From Chara braunii (taxonomy: Eukaryota > Plantae > Charophyceae), in assembly GCA_003427395.1 (NCBI GenBank), contig BFEA01000015.1:4662153-4726152 (forward strand): a stretch of DNA of 64,000 bases, in the 5' to 3' direction. Under the pieces are notes generated by a model. That model was given only the letters and a program-made list of their open reading frames with translations, searched no databases and had not been told where the DNA came from. This document shows positions 12,539 to 24,290 of this stretch, piece by piece. Each line of letters opens with the position of its first letter. The first letter of the stretch is position 1. Position numbers and translations under genes: made by a program.

Positions 12539-12829
12539 TAGTAAGAACTGGTAGGTGGGTGCGTGACAATGTGTATAGATTCTTTCGCACGCAGGAGCGC
12601 GGGCCGTTCATGGCAGGCTTGTAAAAGCGAGTAATTAAAGACTTGGAAAGCAAACGAATTTTTTATTAGAGAATTCCATGAAAGCACTTTCTTAATTGTA
12701 TTCGTAATTAGGAAAGTAAGATAACCGCTTGCACAGTCCTTTTCGGCGGTAGGGAACATGATAGGGGGAGTATCGAAATCGCACAGCTGGAGTGTACATA
12801 TTCTTCCACTTCTGCCGACCCCTCGCTTT

Positions 12830-13066
12830 TTCCTCCTCCCCTCCACCCTTCTCCCGCCAGAGGCGTCCTTCCCCTTGTACGCTCTCTTTCATGGAAAGCG
12901 TCATTTCAGGAAATGCCGGCGGAGGGTGGCCAGCGATGAATGGGACCTCCTCCCCTCCACCCTTCTCCCGCCAGAGACGTCCTTCCCCTTGTACGCTCTC
13001 TTTCATGGAAAGCGAAGCGTCATTTCAGAAAATGCCGACGGAGGGTGGCCAGCGATGAATGGGACC
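12830..13066. repeat. Tandem duplication of ~116 bp
   Basis: CCTCCTCCCCTCCACCCTTCTCCCGCCAGAG...GGCCAGCGATGAATGGGACC twice with few mismatches. Confidence 0.85.
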
Positions 13067-13946
13067 GTGGCATACTCACATTTAGGACTTTTTCGACTGG
13101 GTTCTGGACGTAATGGCAGTCAGATGCATCCAGGTCGGGCCCTAATTCCAGTCATAGATTTAGGAAAGTGCAAGTGTGAGAATGCCCTAAGACAAACCGC
13201 CAAAGGAAGAAAAACAAAAAGGATTGTAAAGAGGTAAAAAGAGTATTTGGGATCGCAAGCTTTGTCTCAATGGGAATTCTGGAATGCACACTCGCAGGCG
13301 GCAATCAAATTCCATTTCCTTGGGGTGCAATTTTCTGTCGTATATTTCGTGTCCTTACGTGTTTTTCCTTTTTTCCTCCTTTCTCGTTCACGTACTTCGC
13401 TCCCCTCTNNNNNNNNNNNNNNNNNNNNNNNNNNNNNNCCCTCCCCCCTCTTTTCGCTCCCCTCTTGAAACCTGGCAAACCACTTTTCTACCTTCGGTAT
13501 ACTACGGAACAGATCCTGATCTCGAAAGAGTTCGTTGTCTCCTTCGAAAGGGGCTTTTTTTTTTTTGTTTTGTTTCCCTTCGAAAGGGTTTTGAGATCGT
13601 TATGGTACGAAAGGTCGTTTGAGGAAGAGGGAGGGAGTTTGAGGAGTGCTTTTTCTTCTTTTAACTTGTGGGAGGAAAGCACTCCCATTCGCCCAATCCC
13701 CATCACATCACATCCCCTACCCACCCCCCCCCCCCCCCCCCCCCAACACCCCCACCATTTGGGGGGCCGCACCTTTTCTTCCCGATTTTTAAAAGTGTTT
13801 CAAAGTTGACACCATCGGATAGTTAATGGCGGAGAAGACTCTCTCCACGTACCCGGGCTGGATGTGACGTGGAGGAAGAGGAGGGAGTTGATGTCACTGA
13901 CCTTCGTTTCCCCCTTTTTTTTCTCGCCCGTCCATTCTACATGCTG

Positions 13947-14051
13947 CCTTCTTCCCCCGAATAGAACGCGCCAACATTATCGCTTTGTCAACACTGCAGG
14001 TTGGCCCAACTACAGGTATTATGACCCTGCGTTCTATCCGGGGGAAGGCGG
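13947..14051 (-). mobile_element. 105-bp MITE, family C
   Basis: CCTTCTTCCCCCGAATAGAACGC / GCGTTCTATCCGGGGGAAGGCGG|TA; core resembles the reverse complement of the 34210 copy. Confidence 0.7.
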
Positions 14052-14079
14052 TAGAGTGGCAATCTGTCAGCGAGGGCTG

Positions 14080-14184
14080 CCGTCTTCCCCCGAACATAAC
14101 GCACCCTGAAAATGAACGTATACAAGATATGTTTCCGGCCCGATACAGTAAAAATGTCGGTGCGTTGTGTTCGGGGGAAGACGG
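14080..14184 (+). mobile_element. 105-bp MITE, family C
   Basis: 26-bp TIRs with 25/26 match (CCGTCTTCCCCCGAACAYAACGCACC); flanks TG / TA. Confidence 0.8.
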
Positions 14185-16018
14185 TAGTAGCGAGCAATTT
14201 CTCCCTCTCGCAGAATGGAATGAATTTTTTGCGGTAGCTATTGATCCCTCGAAAAAAAAACGTCGCTTTTCGGTGTACATAGCCAGTTGTTGGAGGCGTT
14301 TCAATAGTCTGATGTGGTCGGGGGTGCTATAGCCGAGCCCTGGATTGATGAAATATATTATATTACCTAATAAATAAATAATAGGACTTTTCCCCCCACG
14401 CGACGAGACTGTTGCAGTTTAGACGGGAATTCAAGCATGTAGAAAGTCGGGTCGGGTCAAGCAGTACATCAGTTAAATCTGGCAATCAATGCCGCGAAAG
14501 AGAAGAGGCATTTGGCCGGAAAGGTGCGTTCTTGAAGACTTTAAGAGGGAGAGGGAGTGGGAGAGGAGAAAGATGAAGGAAGAAGAAGAGTGGAGATAGA
14601 GAGGAAAGTCGGGCGAGGAAGAAGACGATTAGGCAGGTGTTCAAGAACGAAATGGAAGAGTATGAGGAGAAATGCACGCGTTGCCATGGTCTTCATCAGT
14701 CCTAAAGAGGCAATTACGGATTACGGAGGAGGAGGAGGAGGAGGAGAAGAAGATAGGATAAGGGAAAGGTGAGTCACGGTTGCATTTCTCTGTTTCACTA
14801 CAGTTAATTTTTCCTCACCGGTTTTGTGAGCTTTGCTCTTTTTTTGTTTTTTCTTCGTGCTGTTCCCCTTCTGTTTTTCCATGTTCGCTTGCACCGTAAC
14901 GTCGCTCCGTTCTCCTATTACCGATGTCAGTTTCTCTTTTGTTGTCCCTACAATCAGTCCTCCAGACAATCATCGTTATAGCCATTTTCCTCGTGAGCAG
15001 CTGAAAATGCGCCCTTGGTCGAGGAGCATGCCTGGAGGATGCCTTCATTGATTGGTGTTCTGATGCAGCAGGTTATGATAATTAAACCCTACCAGACTTA
15101 GGGTGGTATGATCAGAGCAACTTCGGATGACTAACATCTATCAGATAGAGGGTGGCGTAATGTATTGTGTATTGTGCCCACTTGGACTCACTCTCGCCAC
15201 GGGTAATCCGCCCGCTTACCCATGACACTCTGGCTGCGGTATGATACCACATTATGCCAACACCAGTCATCGATCTCTCTTTACGGGTGTTTTCATCAAC
15301 CTCTCTTTATTGGCGGGAGTGAGTCCTGTGGACAACAACTGCTCCTCTGGTTAGGTCATCGTGCTCGATTACGGGCCTGTTGTATGTATGAGATGGCAGT
15401 ATTGTTTTGAGATTGTTTTCTCCTTCTCTTTGTTCTTATTGGAAGAACAGGGGTCTGCTTTGTACAAAATTTAGATCTGAGCTTCAACCGACTTTCATGG
15501 CCGTGCATCAGCACTCACCGCCACTATTGTTCACCATTTGCCTGTAGGGGCTTGTTCCGGTGCAGCTGAGAATGTGCCCAACCGAATGCAGCTGAAAATG
15601 CGCGCTTGGTTGGTTGACGGGTACTCAGTTTTGTTTCCATGGTGTGTCTGCAGGTTTGATTGCTTGTGATCCCTTCTCCTTCCGGGATGCTGCATGATAG
15701 CCTGTCAATAGGATAGATAGATTGTGCACCTGGGCTATCAGATGAGTTCAGCCATTCAGAGTCCTGACCGTTTACAATTGACCCATGAGTTAACCCATCA
15801 AGTTTATTCCCTAAGGTATCCAGTTGACTCACTAGTTAACCCATCAAATTTATTCCCAAAGGTAGTCTGCTGATATTGATTAGGAGCATACTTGCGGCGC
15901 ACCAGTGTAGTGCAGTGCAGTGCACCCATCTACGATGCGAGCTCACCACACTCATGGGCACATTGTGTAGTGCACCGCTGGCCTGGTGCGCCTGCATTTG
16001 CTTTTTTCTTTTCCATGT

Positions 16019-16060
<42 letters not shown>

Positions 16061-16575
16061 TTGTGAAACATTTAACCGCATGGGAAATGCATAGTGCATA
16101 CAAACTCGTTTCACCTCCGAGAGGTACTACGGATCCTCTGCGATTTTGAACGTACATTTTTGTGGACTTCACCGGTGTTACCTAAAGGCTGTGTTGTTAC
16201 GAGATGTCGTTTCGCTTCCTGTTCCCAATGAATTGGGTAATCTGCCTGTGTCAATTCAATCCTAGTGAGGCACCTCAGCGTATGATCAGCACCCTCGTCG
16301 ATGTTCGCTCATCATGACCGTATCGGACTTGAAAAGGAGCTTGTATACATTAGAGGATGCAGAAATTGTGAGGGCTCATCATGTCCTTGAATGTATGCAA
16401 GCTCCTTTTCAGGTGCGATACAGGCATGATAAGGGTGTGTGTTCTGTCGGGAAGTAGCTGCTGTGAAATACAACTCACTGTCATAAATCACTGTATTGGA
16501 CATGAAGCGCAGCCTGTGTATGTTGGACGACACATTTTGTGGACTTAGACAACGAGACAACGGCTCTTTGCGTCC

Positions 16576-16682
16576 TCGAGTGTACACAGGCAACGAGTCC
16601 TCAAGTGTGTCCTCAAGTGTACACAGGCAACGAGTCCTCAAGTGTACACAGGCCGCGAATCCTCGAATGTACACAGGCAACA
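16576..16682. repeat. Minisatellite of ~25-bp units
   Basis: CCTCAAGTGTACACAGGCAACGAGT-like unit about 4 times. Confidence 0.8.
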
Positions 16683-17187
16683 TTTCATGTCTGATACAGT
16701 CATGATGAGGGGGCGTGGTGTTCTGTAAGAAGTCGGAAGTCAGAAGTAACGGTTATCGAACACAACGCCCCTCGTCACCTCGTCATGACTGTATCGGACC
16801 TGAAAGACAGCTTATCTTTAAAACACATGCACACAGTTATTTTCAAAACACGAGTTTTTTTTTGGGTGGTAATGTGTGTTTGGAGTTTTGCCACAGTACC
16901 TTTGCGAGGAGGCTCAGGGAGGCGCAGAGAGTGTTTCTGTGGGTGTCATTTCCATGGGCTGCTTTTTCGGAGCAGATGGAGGAAATGGGGGCTTCTAGGG
17001 TGTTTTAAGCAGTAGCGCTCCCGGTGTCGCGTGAAGATCTTGTTGATTTTTGGATTATGGCACTCTATACACTCCAGAGCTAGACAGCAAAATGAAATGG
17101 AGGATGTTTAGCCATGGAATGATAGAGATGGTGGTGACGTGAGCAAGTCGTTTGGAATGAATAGCAGTGCCAATGCGGTCGTGCTTG

Positions 17188-17238
17188 TGTAATTAATTTT
17201 GTAATTAATTTTGTAATTAATTTTGTAATTAATTTTGT
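17188..17238. repeat. 12-bp tandem repeat, 4 copies
   Basis: (GTAATTAATTTT)4. Confidence 0.9.
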
Positions 17239-17661
17239 GGACTTGTGGGCCAATACGGAGGGCTCTTCAAGTTTTATTGGACCTAGAGCAGGGGGTCGGT
17301 GCTTTCTTGCTGGTGGAGTCGTCTGTCTTAGGTAAGTTGCCTTTTGCCCTTCATCCCTTTATGGATTATGAGATATATTTGACGATATTTGGGGTGGCAT
17401 ATGACACTCGAATGTCGAATAATAAGCTCTCTGAGTGGTTAACTCCTCGACGCTAAACGACTGCACGTGCGATCGCAGACTCTCCTGCCAGGCGTGGAAG
17501 ATTTGAGAGGGTTGCAAGTCCCCCAGGTTTCATGAGCCCCCCCCGGGTTTCACTGACTGTAGAAGTCCTCTAAAAGCTTCCTTTTGTCCACAATGGGCTT
17601 GTCATTCCGCTAACTTGTCAAAATATTGCCCCGGCAGACACCCACCAAATTGTGAATAAGC

Positions 17662-18430
17662 CCTCCCAACGAGTCCTACTATGAAGTGGTCCCCAACTGC
17701 CCAGTAAAGAGGGCTTATTGCTGGTTTGGCCGGGTCCTGTTTAGTGATATGCGTCAACTTGTCATCATATCCCCTGTAGACCCCTGCCCAAATGTCAGCA
17801 AGCCTCCTGCGGGTCACTAGTGTTGAGGAATTCACTGACGAATGGGTACGTTTTGGGGAGTTAAACACAAACAAGCAGGTCCCCGTGACGCTTGGCGCTA
17901 GCCTGCTCCTCCTCTTCCTGACCACAACACCCGAAAAAGAAAAACATGGCCAAAGTTTGGCACAACTTGCTCCTTGGCACAACCATGCAGTATTATGTGA
18001 GCTGAGCGGCATCGTGTTTTGTGGGTGATACTACACGCACAAAGACATCCCTTGTGCCATGAGGATTACGAAGGGATTGCCCATGCGGGTTTTTCTTTTC
18101 ACAAGTATGATGACAGTCAATACTGCACTCATGTACGGCACCCTGACATGTCATGTCCAATTTGTAGACGGGCTGGAACAGGAATGCCTCTACAATTGCG
18201 GTTGGCATGCTCCCGTGCTCCTAGCGTGTAGGAGCCATGTAGCGTGTGACATCTGTCTACGCGGTGCCGTTCGACGTATCAACTGCGACTGCAAGAATTG
18301 GATGCGGTACTTCCACAGTCCACGCCCTTACAGGTCTGGCTGCTTCCCAATTCAAAATCTTATGAAACCCGAACACGGACTGTCCTCATGTCCCATTCGA
18401 GAGCAGTCTGCTCTAGTGGTGAGTATTTAG
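17662..18430 (+). pseudogene. Disrupted Cys/His-rich RING-finger gene relic, copy A (KEG intron 1)
   Basis: Frameshifted and stop-interrupted reading: SYYE..., HPLCH-x21-CTHVRHPDMSCPIC, EC-x11-LACRSHVACDIC...CPIR; collinear with copy B. Confidence 0.65.
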
Positions 18431-19065
18431 AACCCTGTGAGAATTCCACCTCGTATTTCCTTCCTCCCTGCTCTGTGTACTACTAGTAAATGCATACAGA
18501 TGAGCATCATTGAGAGAACAGACAAATAGAAGCTGAATGTCTGAGGAAAAATGAACAGGGAAATACCTCCACCTTTAATAATGCCTCCTTTCATACTGTG
18601 CAAGTGGGCTGTTATGGCACACGGGGATGTGGGCAGCTCGCACTGAATCACAATCAGCATGGTGAGCCTTGCACATGAGAAGCACAGTATAAGGGGAGGT
18701 GCAAGAATGAATGAAAAGGGTACCCCAAAGAAAGCCAAAGTGAACACAGTTAAGAAAGGGATTTAAACGCTGGTAGTATGTGGGCTGTGCAGATGGTGTC
18801 CTTGGACCGAGGCACCATGTGGGGCGGGCCATACAGTGGATGGTACTAACACAAACCCCCACCCCCACCCCAAAAAAAAAGAAAAACGCAGAGACAGCCA
18901 CGGATATAAAAGAAGAAGCACATGGCCTCAACTGTTGATAGCCCCTAGTAAAAAACTTGACTCTGAGATCTGTTTGGTACTTGCGGTGCGAGGTCATCCG
19001 GAATCAAGCTCCTGCCTGGTTGGTAGAAGTTACTTCTCTGCTTTCCATCCAGACGTGCCCGCTAT

Positions 19066-19470
19066 GTGCTTGTTCGAACACTCACCAAAAAAACGCTACC
19101 CTAATGGCTGTGTATCTTCCCATGTTCTGCCTCTAGATTGATTCTCATTTTGCATATTTGGTGAGACAGCCACGAGACACGTATCTTCCCATGGCCTTAG
19201 CTGTTGACAGGTAGACTGGAGTTCCAATCCTACTGACAAAACAGGCCATGACCTGAATGGCTGTGTATTTTTTCATGTTCGTCCTCATTTTGCATATTTG
19301 GTGAGACAGCCAGGGAAAACCAGGAACCAAATGCCTGTGTATTGTCCCAAGTTCTGGTTCTAGATCCGTTCTCATTTTTGGCATATTTGGTGAGCCAGCC
19401 ATGTGACGAAAAAAGAAACTCAGTGGCTGTGTATGTTCCCATGTTCTGGCTCTACACTTGTTCACATTTT
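19066..19470 (+). repeat. Degenerate family B MITE followed by tandem copies of its 3' half
   Basis: GGCTGTGTAT...CTCATTTTGCATATTTGGTGAG recurs 3-4 times and matches the internal sequence of 11100-11221. Confidence 0.55.
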
Positions 19471-20378
19471 GAAACCTGTGGGACTGTATGGCAATTCTAC
19501 CTTCTTTTGTTTTGATGTGTCTACATGCATCCACGGATCCTCACCGCTTTCCAGCCTCCAAAAGATCCAGCCCTGAAATCCCTTGCTGGTGACTGTGGGA
19601 CTTTGGAGATAAACGAAGTTCAAATGCGGGCTCTCTGGGAGAAATGAGTGAAACTTGGGGAGTGTTGTTTACGAAGTATTGATCAATTACATGGACCTAC
19701 TTTTCAATCCATTTGTGGAAACATAGCATGTGTTTCTAATCATGACACCAAGGCTGCGACGCATCATTACTTTGAAAAAGTGATCTCTTGCGAGCGCCTG
19801 CAAAGCACTGAAGATTTGATTTTCTCTTTTGTTTGGATTGATCCATCTGAGTTTGTCAAGTGATCCTCGCCACCTCCCACTCCTACAAATCCACCACGGA
19901 AATCCCTCGCTGGTGACTGTAGGATTTGGGAGATCCAGAGTTCAGTCGGTGTTGAGTGGCGATGGATGTTAAGTAAAGGTTATTAGCTGATGTATTCGGC
20001 ATTGCACACGTGATTGGTCAGGACTCAGGAATCGTGCAAATAAAATTTGAATTCATCAAGGGACCACACTCTTGAGTGATTTACCAATCAGTTCATTAAT
20101 CTATGGAGTCAGTACGGACATCAGTCTTCGAATCCATCAATCTGTAGGAATGAGCCAAATTGATCAATCAATGCCAAATGTTCAATCTTTATTGAGTCCA
20201 ATGTGTTAGTATGTCCGCCAGTCCAGGTTATCATGTATTTTGAACCTCTTAGTTGAATGGCATCCGTTGAGCAATCTATCTATCATTTGTTACAAAGGAC
20301 TGGTACATGCCAGCCATCGGCTGCGGGCCCCTTTCGGAGGCTGCCCGCTGCCGATGTATTTCATCAATGGTGCACGAG

Positions 20379-20778
20379 AAGTGGTTAATGGAAGGCCCAA
20401 AATTCGGCGAATTTTGGCGATTTTTTCACCGAAACTGCCATATTTCCCTGAATTTTTACTTTTTTCTCGGTTTTTCTTCTTGCCTGTTATATATGTGCTT
20501 TAGGGTATATCTGTATCCAGTTTCGCCGTATTTGGAGCAGTAACAAAAAACTTAGCAAAAACACCAGACTCAAAAAAGGCTTTGGCGAACTCCGAAAGCT
20601 ACTCCGAAAAGGGTTTTATAGTACTCTTGATTTTGATTTTTTCGTTTTTTTTTTGCCTGATTGATTTTTTTGATGTTTGTATTATGATCCTGCATAGTTT
20701 GTTCGCAAAAGTTTTGACAACATTGCTTGTAGCGACGCGGCGAAACCCCCCGAATTTTTAGCCTTCCATTAACCGCTA
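20379..20778. mobile_element. 400-bp non-autonomous TIR element, hAT-like
   Basis: AAGTGGTTAATGGAAGGCCCAAAATTCGG / CCGAATTTTTAGCCTTCCATTAACCGCTA; no convincing TSD. Confidence 0.55.
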
Positions 20779-21110
20779 GTGCGGCGCACAAGCCTCCAAA
20801 ATTTTAGGAGAGGCTCAATCGGATTCTGAACTTGGCTGGGGCCATGTACTGGTGGTTTAAAGTTTTCAATGGCTCAATCTGTGCTGTTTGGTCGATGTAG
20901 TGCGAGGATGCATGGCAGTGCTTGCATTTTCCATTCTATCATCGTCGAGATTACTACGTAGTCCTCTTTCAGATGTTTTCATATTCTCGTTGCTTTGTTT
21001 TTTCGCTGGTTTGCTGCTGTTCTCTCCTCTTGAATTTTCCATGTTGTTTTTGTGTGTGTGATCCAAGTGCTGAACGATGAATTTGGACCATGATGCTTGC
21101 TTTCTTCAAG

Positions 21111-21527
21111 GTACGGGGCGGACATTGCAAGGGGAGTTGCAGAGTTGCATGCAGCAGGAGTGATGTGCATGAACCTGAAGCCTCCAAATTTCCTTATTGA
21201 TAAGCGGGGCAGGGCTTTGGTCGCTGATTTTGCTCTTCCTGGTATCCTGAAGCAACGATGCTGGAGGTCTAAGCATGGGAGCAGCATCAGTGGCACGAGT
21301 GTTGGGCTGGTAGTTGATAGCCACAACTGCCACGAGTGCACATTGATGACACCAAATTATATGGCTCCGGAAGCTTGGCAGCCAGTCAGGAGAGGATCAT
21401 TCCTTCGAGGGGACGATGTTATGGGAATGTCATCGTGGTCTGATGCATGGGCATTTGGCTGCGCACTCGTTGAAATGTGCACAGGAGTGATGCCCTGGGA
21501 TTCTGCAAGTCCGGTGGACATTGAAAG
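21111..21527 (+). CDS. KEG: KEG exon 2: kinase catalytic lobe
   Basis: ttcaag|G acceptor; RYGADIARGVAELHAAGVMCMNLKPPN...YMAPE...SDAWAFGCALVEMCTG; AG|GTGTGT donor. Confidence 0.95.
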
Positions 21528-23299
21528 GTGTGTGCTTTTCACTCCCTGCCCCCTCCTCCCCCCCCACCCCACCCCTTTTGCCTCCCGGCCTTTCCCATGA
21601 GCGCTCATCTCTCCTCCTACCACTACCACTGCTCCTCCTGTGGCAAGTTCTCTGGTCAATTCTGTTGTGAGTCAGGTGGATTTTGGAATGTCTCTGTATA
21701 AAGTCGGACCCCTGCTTCTTACTGTACACCATTCGTTTCTCCCTTTTCCTTATCCTTCCCTGTTTACATTTCCCCCCCGTTTTCTTGGATCAGTGAGGAA
21801 CTTACACTCTTGGTTCACATTCTATGGCAAGTCGTAATGAACTCCAGCAGAAACGAACGGAGTATCAACGAATAAGCAAACTCAACGACCTTTAAAAGCA
21901 GCGCATTTTAAACAGACTGGTCTTCAAGTTTATCGACACTCACGATCACCTGGTTCTCAAATTTGAGTCAGCAATTACAAGCTGGTAAATTTTGAGCCAC
22001 AAGGGTGGCCTTATCTTATTGTACAGAAAGCCCTCACCGTGGTGCTGGACAGTATATACGATCCGGAATTTCTGGACTGTTCTCATGCGAAGTGTGCAAT
22101 ACTCTAGGTAGACCGAGCATTCAAGAGTGTGACTTGGGTTATAGAAGGTGACATTACCACAGCCTGGCGGGTGCCTCACAATGTTATTGGGTGTACCAAC
22201 TGAGCTAGGCCCGTTGGTCGCCATGGCCCTCTTGAGGCGGCAGGGTTCACTGCTTTTGCAATGCTTAAATTGCAGTAAGGATGGCCTGACCATGCTATCC
22301 CTGTGGTTCAAGCCTGGCTGCACTCTCTGCTGTCTTGAGAGGGACGTCCCTCCTCTCATTTTATTAACCTACAGTGACCCTGAGATGTTGATGGTGCTGG
22401 CTCTTGTTCGACAGCAGCATATCCTCTTCCTTGGGATCCTCTCTTTGCTGAGCGGAATCCTTCTTCGTGATGTTTGGTCGCTTGCGGCCCTGGTGCAGAT
22501 TACAGCACTAAATCAAGTCCTTGCTAATAGTCTGAAGTTCTTGTTACTTCAGCCACAAATGCCTGGCCAGCCTTGGTGTGCAGGGGCCACTCACGAATGC
22601 AAACATAATGAGCTCCTCCTTTGGGCTGAGCGCAAGCACATTCAAGACTTGGTCAGGTGCCCTGACCAGACCAGTCATGCTACCTATAGGGTACTCTCTC
22701 AATTCCAGGGGCAGTCTCTACTCAGGATGAAGCCCCAAACGTCAAGGGATTGGAACATGATTTGCCTGGGTTGCAGCTAACCCCACAAAGCGTAGACCAC
22801 GTGGAGGATCTGCAAATGGTTGACCAGCATCGTTTGGATGAACCACAAATTTGTGTCCCGCCATGTGCAGGCCACATGGGTGATCTGCAAATGACTGACC
22901 AGCAAACAACCCAAGACATTTTGGGCATGCAACGACGTCTAGGTGATCTGCAGCCTGAGATCCCCACCAATCTCTGCGGTCTGACTTCAACTAATATCTG
23001 TCTTTTTTCTTCCCTCTTCTTTATTCCTTTTCTTTTCCTTTTTTCAAAAGTGGAAATGACGTTGAGATATCATTGTTGGACTGACCGGCCCCAGGTAATT
23101 CAGGGTGATTTTAATTCTGGTCATCTGATTGTATCTGGACTCGAATTTGGGCCTGTATTTGAACTGTTCATGGGTGTACCAGCCGAGCTAGGCCCGTTGC
23201 TGACTAATATCTGTCTTTAGAATCACTGCCCCCCATTTATTACTGTCAGAATTCCTTGCAATTGCCATTCAGCTGGATGCTGATCTTCCGCGCCTACAA

Positions 23300-24058
23300 T
23301 GCCAGAGGGTATGCAATTATACCAGTGAAAGAGGCTTTTTTACCATGTCTGTCCTACTACGAGTAGCAATGAGGGACCGCCAAAGTGAACTACTCAATGA
23401 TCGACCAGGTTAGTGGTTTAATCCTCCCATCCCACATCTCTGCCTGCGGTGTGCACGGACCTGGCCATTACATGGCCACTGTACATGCCTTTGACTACGG
23501 GGAGCTGTGGGACGAGGTCATCATGGTCCATGACTCCATGCCATGACTGATGTTACTGATTTCTTACATAATGATGTTGTTTTCTTGCCATACCAAGCTG
23601 TCCGGAATGTCTTTTATGTCAGATATCATTCCTCTGGCCCCGTGCTGCAGCAGGACAATGTACCAACACTCTGCGACCTTCTCCTTTGCACAGCTACAAA
23701 CACTGGTACACTCAGCTGTATCTGTCATCGTCTCTGTCACAATCACGTCAATAACATGGTTTCTGCATCCATGTGTGTAGAGGACTGTCCCTTTGTTCCT
23801 GACTGCAGGCACCCTCCGCATCTGGACACTATAAGTCCATTTTGCAGCCATGGGCGCTGTACTGAATGCATGGTCTTTTCTGGTAACCGTTCTTCCTTCA
23901 TTTTGGCCTGCAATCGACATGCCATTTGTTGGGGATGTATGGTGGGCATGCTCAATGTCAGCCATTGTGGCAATCGGTTGTTGGGCCTTCAATATGTGTG
24001 TCCTCCCCATCCTTACACTGTATGTCCTCTCTGTGGACAAGGACAGACTGATTCTTGA
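23300..24058 (+). pseudogene. Cys/His-rich RING-finger gene relic, copy B (KEG intron 2); 3' part is an open 171-aa ORF (23543-24058)
   Basis: Complete C3HC4 pattern CTEC-x13-C-NR-H-AI-C-WG-C-...-CPLC; upstream part (SYYE, GHY) is in another frame with stops. Confidence 0.7.
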
Positions 24059-24169
24059 GCCTTTTCTTATCCTCTCCTTTGCCTTCATCTTCGTTCCACT
24101 CTCTCTACTTTCCCTTGCTTTTCCTTTGTTGTTCTCTGTTTTGTCTTCTCTCCATCTCTCTTCTCTGTG

Positions 24170-24290
24170 TTGATTCCCCCCCAATACCCCCAATACCCCC
24201 AATACCCCCTATACCACCCCTATATCCCCCTATATCCCCCTATATCCCCCTATACTTCCCCTATACTCCCCCCGCATACCCCCCCCTCAT
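24170..24290. repeat. Degenerate 9-10-bp (CCCCCWATA)n repeat
   Basis: Direct inspection. Confidence 0.8.

Noticed and set aside
22148-22970. 210-aa ORF and nearby repeats (30-bp direct repeat at ~22187 and ~23170; 75-bp duplication at ~22800-22950)
   Set aside because: No recognisable domain in any frame checked; cannot be linked to the RING relic without a search
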